From contig JANMJM010000070.1 of the NCBI GenBank assembly GCA_031371345.1, positions 1-62,283 of the forward strand: a stretch of DNA of 62,283 nucleotides, read 5' to 3'. The translations under genes were made by a program, and so were the position numbers. This document shows, piece after piece, positions 57,088 to 62,283 of the stretch. The DNA is from Vicinamibacteria bacterium. GTDB lineage: Bacteria; Acidobacteriota; Vicinamibacteria; Vicinamibacterales; JAMQPK01. Positions within the stretch are counted from its first letter, which is position 1, and every line of letters starts with the position of its first letter. The notes beneath the pieces are model-generated. The model was not told where the DNA came from, ran no database searches, and was given only the letters and a program-made list of their open reading frames with translations.

Positions 57088-59145
57088 TTGTACTATAGTG
57101 CCTCCGTGGGAGCGCCGGAGGTGTTCGAGCGGTTGAACCAGAAGCAGCTCGAGGCGGCGCGCTTCGGCCCCGGCCCTCTGCTTATCATCGCCGGCGCAGG
57201 CACAGGTAAGACCAACACGCTCGCTCACCGCGTCGCGCACCTCGTGCTCGAGGGCGCCAGACCCGAACGCATCCTTCTCTTAACGTTCACTCGGCGCGCC
57301 GCGCTCGAAATGACCCGCCGCACGCAACGGATTGTCGGCGATGTCATCAGCGACGTACGGCTGCCGTGGTCCGGGACCTTCCACTCGATTGCCAATCGCC
57401 TTATTCGACAACACTCGGCGGTTGTCGGGCTCGACGAGAGCTTCAGCGTGCTCGATCGTGGCGACGCGGCAGATCTGATGGACGTGCTGCGGCACGAGCT
57501 GGGGCTTTCAAAAACCGAGAAGCGGTTTCCGCGCAAGGACACGTGTCTCGCAATCTATTCGCACCGCGTGAACACGCAGCGGCCGCTCGCAGAAACGCTC
57601 GACGGCGTGTTCCCCTGGTGCGCGGAATGGGAAAGCCAGCTCGCCACGCTCTACCGGGCGTATGTCGACAAGAAGCTCGTGAATCAAGCGCTCGACTACG
57701 ACGACTTGCTCCTGTACTGGCACGCCATGATGTCTGATGATGGGCTCGCGGCCGATATCGCGTCGCAGTTCGACTACGTCCTCGTTGACGAGTACCAGGA
57801 CACGAACGTGCTGCAGGCAGAAATTCTGTTTCGGCTGCGGCCCAACGGCGAAGGCGTCACGGTGGTCGGCGACGATGCCCAGGCCATTTATTCGTTCAGG
57901 GCGGCGACGGTGGAGAACATTCTCGGATTTCCCGACCAATACACCTCAGAGACCGGCCACGCGGCGTCGGTAGTGACGCTCGAGGAAAATTATCGCTCGA
58001 CGCAGGCCGTGCTCGATTCGGCCAACGCGCTCATCGCGGAGGGCCAGCGTCAGTATCGGAAAGTCCTGAAGGCGCACCGTGGAACGGGCGACCGGCCGCG
58101 ATACGTGACGGTTGCCGATGACCAGGGTCAGGCCGAATATGTCGTGGCACGCGTGCTGGACACGCGCGAGCAGGGCGTGCCGCTGAAACGGCAGGCCGTG
58201 CTCTTCCGCAGCTCTCACCATAGCGACGTGCTGGAACTCGAGCTCACGCGCCGGAATATTCCGTACGTGAAGTACGGCGGCCTGAAGTTTCTCGAGGCGG
58301 CGCACGTGAAAGACATGCTTGCCGTTTTGCGGTGGGCCGACAATCCCAAAAATCGGATCGCGGCGTTTCGTGCCCTGCAGCTGCTACCGGGCATGGGCCC
58401 ATCGACGGCCGAGCAATTCGTCGCCAGATTCGACGCGAGCGGATACTCATGGACGGCGCTCAACGATTTTCATCCTGCCGCGGGTCTCGCCGAGGCCTGG
58501 ACACCGTTTGCGGAACTCTTGAGCAGTCTCGCGAGAACCGAGGGGCCATGGCAGGGGCAGGTTGGGCAGGTGCGTGAGTGGTTCGAGCCGCATCTCCAGC
58601 GAATCTACGATTCGGCGCAGGTCCGCATGGGCGACTTGGTGCAGCTCGAGCGTCTCGCTCAGCAATTCTCCACACGGGATCACTTCCTCGCCGAGCTCGC
58701 TCTCGATCCACCGCAGGCGACCGGCGACAATTCAGGGGCTCCTTATCTAGATGAGGACTATCTCGTCCTCTCCACCGTTCATTCGGCGAAGGGCCAGGAA
58801 TGGGACGCCGTTTACATCCTGAACGTCGCCGACGGAAATTTTCCATCGGAATTCTCGACCGGCCGCTCCGATCAGATCGAAGAGGAACGCCGATTGCTTT
58901 ACGTCGCGATGACGCGCGCAAAGAACGATCTTCACCTGATTGCGCCGCTCAAGTACTACGTCACGAGCCAGTCTCGCATGGGCGATCGGCACGTGTACGG
59001 CGCGAAAAGCCGATTCCTGACAAAAATGGTGATGTCTCGGCTCGAATCAATCGTGTGGCCCGATCGGCACGAGGTGCAGAGCCCCGCGAAATCTCAAGCG
59101 TCGCGCGTCGACGTCGGTGCGAAGCTTCGAGGGATGTGGTCGTAG
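57088..59145 (+). CDS. UvrD/Rep/PcrA-family ATP-dependent DNA helicase
   Basis: LNQKQLEAA, AGAGTGKTNTL (motif I), VDEYQDTN (motif II), NYRSTQ, and C-terminal STVHSAKGQEWDAVY / YVAMTRAK. The start is uncertain: TTG 57088, or in-frame GTG at 57106 or 57121. Confidence 0.9.
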   Translation: MYYSASVGAPEVFERLNQKQLEAARFGPGPLLIIAGAGTGKTNTLAHRVAHLVLEGARPERILLLTFTRRAALEMTRRTQRIVGDVISDVRLPWSGTFHSIANRLIRQHSAVVGLDESFSVLDRGDAADLMDVLRHELGLSKTEKRFPRKDTCLAIYSHRVNTQRPLAETLDGVFPWCAEWESQLATLYRAYVDKKLVNQALDYDDLLLYWHAMMSDDGLAADIASQFDYVLVDEYQDTNVLQAEILFRLRPNGEGVTVVGDDAQAIYSFRAATVENILGFPDQYTSETGHAASVVTLEENYRSTQAVLDSANALIAEGQRQYRKVLKAHRGTGDRPRYVTVADDQGQAEYVVARVLDTREQGVPLKRQAVLFRSSHHSDVLELELTRRNIPYVKYGGLKFLEAAHVKDMLAVLRWADNPKNRIAAFRALQLLPGMGPSTAEQFVARFDASGYSWTALNDFHPAAGLAEAWTPFAELLSSLARTEGPWQGQVGQVREWFEPHLQRIYDSAQVRMGDLVQLERLAQQFSTRDHFLAELALDPPQATGDNSGAPYLDEDYLVLSTVHSAKGQEWDAVYILNVADGNFPSEFSTGRSDQIEEERRLLYVAMTRAKNDLHLIAPLKYYVTSQSRMGDRHVYGAKSRFLTKMVMSRLESIVWPDRHEVQSPAKSQASRVDVGAKLRGMWS

Positions 59146-59214
59146 AAAGTTTTTTTCATTTGAGGCGAAACTTTAGGTTCGCGCACATCATTTTCGTACT
59201 ATCATTCGCGAAGC

Positions 59215-60105
59215 ATGTCTGAAGCATTCGATCCCACGGCATCCGCGGCGATACCTCAAGAAAATTTCAACGAGATTCTCGATAGCATCGCGCCGCCGGC
59301 CAAGCCGCGCGCCGTGCGTCAGGGTCTTCCGACCGAATATCGCATGCGCCACGACGCGCATTACGTCGAAGAGCTCGGTGCCCGCGCGTCTGCCGCGCGA
59401 CCCGAGCACGCGCTTACGCTGCCGACGGTGCCTGCCGCGGCCGCATTGCGCGATCTCTGCCAGGAGTTCGAAGGGCTCGCGTCCTGCTTCAATCTCATCC
59501 AACAAAGTGCGCGGCCGCTGCGCGAGCGTCTCGGCGTCACGCTCGCGAAAATCGGCGTTCAGCGCAGCATCCGCTACGCGCAGTACCTCAGGTTGCTGAT
59601 GGAAGACCAGCACGTGTCTCGCCGGGACATCCGGCTCGACGATCTCGTGCGGCAAGCGCTCGGAGACTTCAAGGAAGAACTTCGCCTGACCGAATCGACA
59701 CTCGTCGTCGATCTGCCCGATTCACCGCTCGCGGCACAGGGCGACGCCGGTCTCCTGCTGACCGGCATCCGCGGTTGCATCGGCGCGGCCGTCGCGCTCA
59801 TCGAGTTCAGCGGCATGCCCGCTGATCTGCATGTGACGGCATTCGCGTCTGGCGACGCTCTTCAGTGTGAAGTCCGTCAGGACGTATACGCGGTCGACAC
59901 GCATCAGCTCACGCGATTGTTCGACATGGAATCGAGCGATCGACCTGGCGGCAGGATGATGGCGGTCGCGCTCTCCGCTGCCAGACGGATGGCGCAGCTC
60001 CATGGCGGTTTCGTCGACGCCCGGCCGGCAGGCTCCGGCGGCAGCACGTTCGTGTTCAGTGTGCCCGCGATGACGCTTTCGAGCGGCCCTGTCAAAGCGA
60101 ACTAA
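59215..60105 (+). CDS. Hypothetical protein with a degenerate histidine-kinase-like (HATPase_c-like) C-terminus
   Basis: The C-terminal GGRMMAVALSAARRMAQLHGGFVDARPAGSGGSTFVFSVP resembles the G2-box/ATP-lid end of sensor kinases. I saw no recognisable H-box (SHELRTPL-type) and no TM segments. Confidence 0.4.
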   Translation: MSEAFDPTASAAIPQENFNEILDSIAPPAKPRAVRQGLPTEYRMRHDAHYVEELGARASAARPEHALTLPTVPAAAALRDLCQEFEGLASCFNLIQQSARPLRERLGVTLAKIGVQRSIRYAQYLRLLMEDQHVSRRDIRLDDLVRQALGDFKEELRLTESTLVVDLPDSPLAAQGDAGLLLTGIRGCIGAAVALIEFSGMPADLHVTAFASGDALQCEVRQDVYAVDTHQLTRLFDMESSDRPGGRMMAVALSAARRMAQLHGGFVDARPAGSGGSTFVFSVPAMTLSSGPVKAN

Positions 60106-60578
60106 TCGCTGGTTGCCGATGCGCCCAACCGCCACGCGGTCGCCGTCATCAACAAAAACGCGGCCGCCACGGCGAGGTTCGGATAAAACGTGAAACCGGC
60201 GAGGTGCGGAATGGCGTTCGGGTCGCCGGCCCAAGCCGTTGAACCGGGCAACACGGACGTAATGTAGAACAGCGGCGTCCAGAATGACGCCGAGATGAGC
60301 GCCGCCGCCTTCACGGCCACGTCGGGTTCCTTCGAGTCGCGCCAGAGCAGCCACACCCCCGTCAACGACACGCCCGCAAGCAAAAACAACAGCAGCGCGC
60401 CGTGGAAGCGCGCATGACCGTGCCACGCCGGATTCAAAAGATGATTGGCGCTCCAGTCGAGAGCAAAGGACAGCGCGGCCCCCAACAGCAGCACGCCTGT
60501 GAGAATCAATCTGGCAAGTTTGAGCCGCATGGCAGCTAAGACGAATTTCAGCGCCTCAGAGTTCCTGTCGAGCCACAC
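60102..60578 (-). CDS. Hypothetical 4-TM membrane protein
   Basis: Hydrophobic segments LILTGVLLLGAALSFAL, ALLLFLLAGVSLTGVWLLW, AAALISASFWTPLFYI and NLAVAAAFLLMTATAW. The start may be the internal M at about 60530. Confidence 0.5.
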   Translation of the reverse strand: MWLDRNSEALKFVLAAMRLKLARLILTGVLLLGAALSFALDWSANHLLNPAWHGHARFHGALLLFLLAGVSLTGVWLLWRDSKEPDVAVKAAALISASFWTPLFYITSVLPGSTAWAGDPNAIPHLAGFTFYPNLAVAAAFLLMTATAWRLGASATSD

Positions 60579-60586
60579 TAGAGAGG

Positions 60587-61168
60587 ATGGAGCTGCTGAG
60601 CGCCCTTGGCCGGATGCTCGGGTTTTCGTTTGCCGCGGGCATCAACCTGTACGCCACGACGGCGATTCTCGGGCTCGCCAGCCGCTATCACTGGGTCAAC
60701 CTGCCCGATCAGTATCGCGTGTTCGACAATGACTGGATCATCGCCGTCGCGCTGTTCCTGTACGGGGTGGAATTCGTGGCCGACAAAATCCCGTGGGTCG
60801 ACTCGATCTGGGACGCCGTTCACACCGTGATTCGGCCCGCTGGAGGCGCGTTGATTGCCGTCGCATCGATGGGGCCGATCTCGCCGGACATGAAATCGAT
60901 CGTGGCGCTCGCCGGCGCCGCGCTCGCTGCAAGCAGTCACCTGACGAAGGCCGGTACACGCGCGGCGGCCAACACCAGCCCTGAGCCGTTCTCGAACTGG
61001 ATATTGAGCCTGAGCGAGGACGGCTTTGTGGTGGGCCTCGCGCTGCTGGCGTTGAAGTATCCGGTGGCGGCCGCGATCGTCGTCCTTGCGTCGCTGGCGA
61101 TCATCGCCGCTCTGGCGGGCTGGCTCGTTCGCGCCCTGCGCCGCCGATTGACGCCGCGCGGTCGTTAA
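60587..61168 (+). CDS. DUF4126-family membrane protein
   Basis: GFSFAAGINLYATTAILGL...VEFVADKIPWVDSIWDAVHTVIRPAGGALIAV is the characteristic DUF4126 pattern. Confidence 0.7.
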   Translation: MELLSALGRMLGFSFAAGINLYATTAILGLASRYHWVNLPDQYRVFDNDWIIAVALFLYGVEFVADKIPWVDSIWDAVHTVIRPAGGALIAVASMGPISPDMKSIVALAGAALAASSHLTKAGTRAAANTSPEPFSNWILSLSEDGFVVGLALLALKYPVAAAIVVLASLAIIAALAGWLVRALRRRLTPRGR

Positions 61169-62028
61169 TAGAATTTCCGCGAAATATTGAATCCAAGATA
61201 CCAGTCGTCGTGGCTCGTCCCGCCTCGTGCCATCTGACCGAAGGTCGTTCCGAATCCATTGGAAAAATTCAGTTGGAATAAGTGACCGCCCGCCCGTTTT
61301 TCCAAGCCGACGCTGATGTGCGTCACTGCGGGATCGTAGCCGGCCACTCGCGGCGCGCCCTCGAGCACAAGATACACCGTGGGTCTAATCCTCAGGCGAG
61401 CGCCCAATCCGAGCAGCATCGTGTCGTTATTGTCGACCAGCGCCGTCGGCAACGGGTTGGTATTGTTTACCCACACAGGTTCGAGATAGAGCGCGCCGCG
61501 GTCCGAAATCGTCCTCGACACGAGCACCCCAACCCCTGGCGAATAGCTGTCGCGGAAATTGTTCGTGCCTTCGGCAAGTCCAAGCACGGTGACAGTGAAC
61601 GGAAATGACTCACGTTGCCTTTTTATTTCGTGCTCGGCGAAGAACTCGATGGTTCGGTCCGACGTTCGATGAATGCCTACTTGTGTTCCGCTCATGATGC
61701 CATAGCGGTACTCGAGGCCGATTTGAGCACCGGAGTCCAGCCCGAAAAAATCGCCCGCCAGGCTTCCGAAACTGCCACGCCCAAGGGGACGGCCGAAGCG
61801 ATGGGTGACACGAAAGGCGCTTTTATGTTTCGGCAGCCTGAGCGTCGTCGGAAGTGCGGCAAGCGTGAAATCTGGCTGCGCGAGGTCCACTGCGAGATCC
61901 TGATCGTCCTGCTGTGGCGAAGGCGCCGCGGCAGGCGCCGGGGTGGCTTGGGCAATGGCCAGGGGAACGTGCATCGTCGAGACGAGCAGGGCTAGAGCGA
62001 AGATCGCAGGCGGTTTCGGCATTCGCAT
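61165..62028 (-). CDS. DUF5777-like outer-membrane beta-barrel protein
   Basis: A signal peptide followed by a Pro/Ala-rich linker. FRVTHRFGRPLG...FFGLDSGAQIGLEYRYGIMSGTQVGIHRTS... fits the family, and the protein ends in ...ISRKFY. Confidence 0.6.
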   Translation of the reverse strand: MRMPKPPAIFALALLVSTMHVPLAIAQATPAPAAAPSPQQDDQDLAVDLAQPDFTLAALPTTLRLPKHKSAFRVTHRFGRPLGRGSFGSLAGDFFGLDSGAQIGLEYRYGIMSGTQVGIHRTSDRTIEFFAEHEIKRQRESFPFTVTVLGLAEGTNNFRDSYSPGVGVLVSRTISDRGALYLEPVWVNNTNPLPTALVDNNDTMLLGLGARLRIRPTVYLVLEGAPRVAGYDPAVTHISVGLEKRAGGHLFQLNFSNGFGTTFGQMARGGTSHDDWYLGFNISRKFY

Positions 62029-62048
62029 CTTCCTTCTGGTTGTTTCGC

Positions 62049-62283
62049 TTAGTTGTTTTGAGCGCCCTGTTGAATCCAGCGGCGAATCACGAGCATTTGT
62101 CCGGGCGTTAGAAAGGGGCCAGTCCCCCGCGGCATGCGCACCCCGGCAATATCAAGCGCGCCTTCCAGCTTCTTCACAAGGTAGCTGTTGTCTGGGTCTC
62201 CGGGAATCACCCGCGTAGCCCCGGGCTTCCCGGTACTCGGGCGGGTAACCAGGGCATCGTACGCGCGACCGTCGAGCAGCACC
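62049..62283 (-). CDS. C-terminal part of a cytochrome-c-like (planctomycete-type PSCyt-like) domain protein; the 5-prime end lies beyond the window
   Basis: VIPGDPDNSYLVKKLEG...GVRMPRGTGPFLTPGQMLVIRRWIQQGA is the typical tail of that domain. The ORF is open to the window end. Confidence 0.5.
   Translation of the reverse strand, partial: VLLDGRAYDALVTRPSTGKPGATRVIPGDPDNSYLVKKLEGALDIAGVRMPRGTGPFLTPGQMLVIRRWIQQGAQNN

Overview
This is a GC-rich bacterial chromosomal segment of about 58 protein-coding genes. I found no rRNA, tRNA, CRISPR array, transposase or integrase by eye. The gene content (CarboxypepD_reg-type TonB-dependent receptors, many secreted PQQ-like propellers, a DUF5777 barrel plus a planctomycete-type cytochrome-c-like domain) suggests an Acidobacteriota-like organism, at low confidence. 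Housekeeping genes include recQ, an ABC-F/Uup-like ATPase, a SUI1/YciH factor, an EfpL/YeiP-type EF-P paralog and a UvrD-like helicase.

The most unusual content lies at about 26-51 kb.

1. Eight paralogous secreted PQQ-like/BamB-like beta-propeller genes share an N-terminal [DN/SY]WPxWRGP motif. An NHL/PAL-like propeller sits among them.
2. A tightly coupled minus-strand operon encodes a HemN-like radical SAM enzyme, a UbiC-like chorismate lyase, a 4HBT thioesterase, a PaaK-like ligase and a propeller. It is followed by a propeller, a flavin-dependent halogenase-like enzyme (WxWxIP motif) and another propeller.
3. A second six-gene minus-strand operon encodes a LuxE/PaaK-like adenylating enzyme, an ALDH-superfamily protein, a GT4 glycosyltransferase, a MacB-type ABC ATPase, a 1125-aa double-FtsX permease and a propeller.

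At the nucleotide level there is a recurring class of approximately 7-bp-periodic tandem or inverted repeats in short intergenic spacers. One of them is a canonical G-quadruplex motif on the mRNA-sense strand that fills an intercistronic spacer. Two genes have apparent single-nucleotide frame disruptions. There is also a C-terminal GNAT gene remnant and a 20-bp palindromic operator candidate next to a DtxR/MntR regulator.

All functional calls come from motif recognition by eye in the supplied translations. Start codons are often uncertain. No database search was run.
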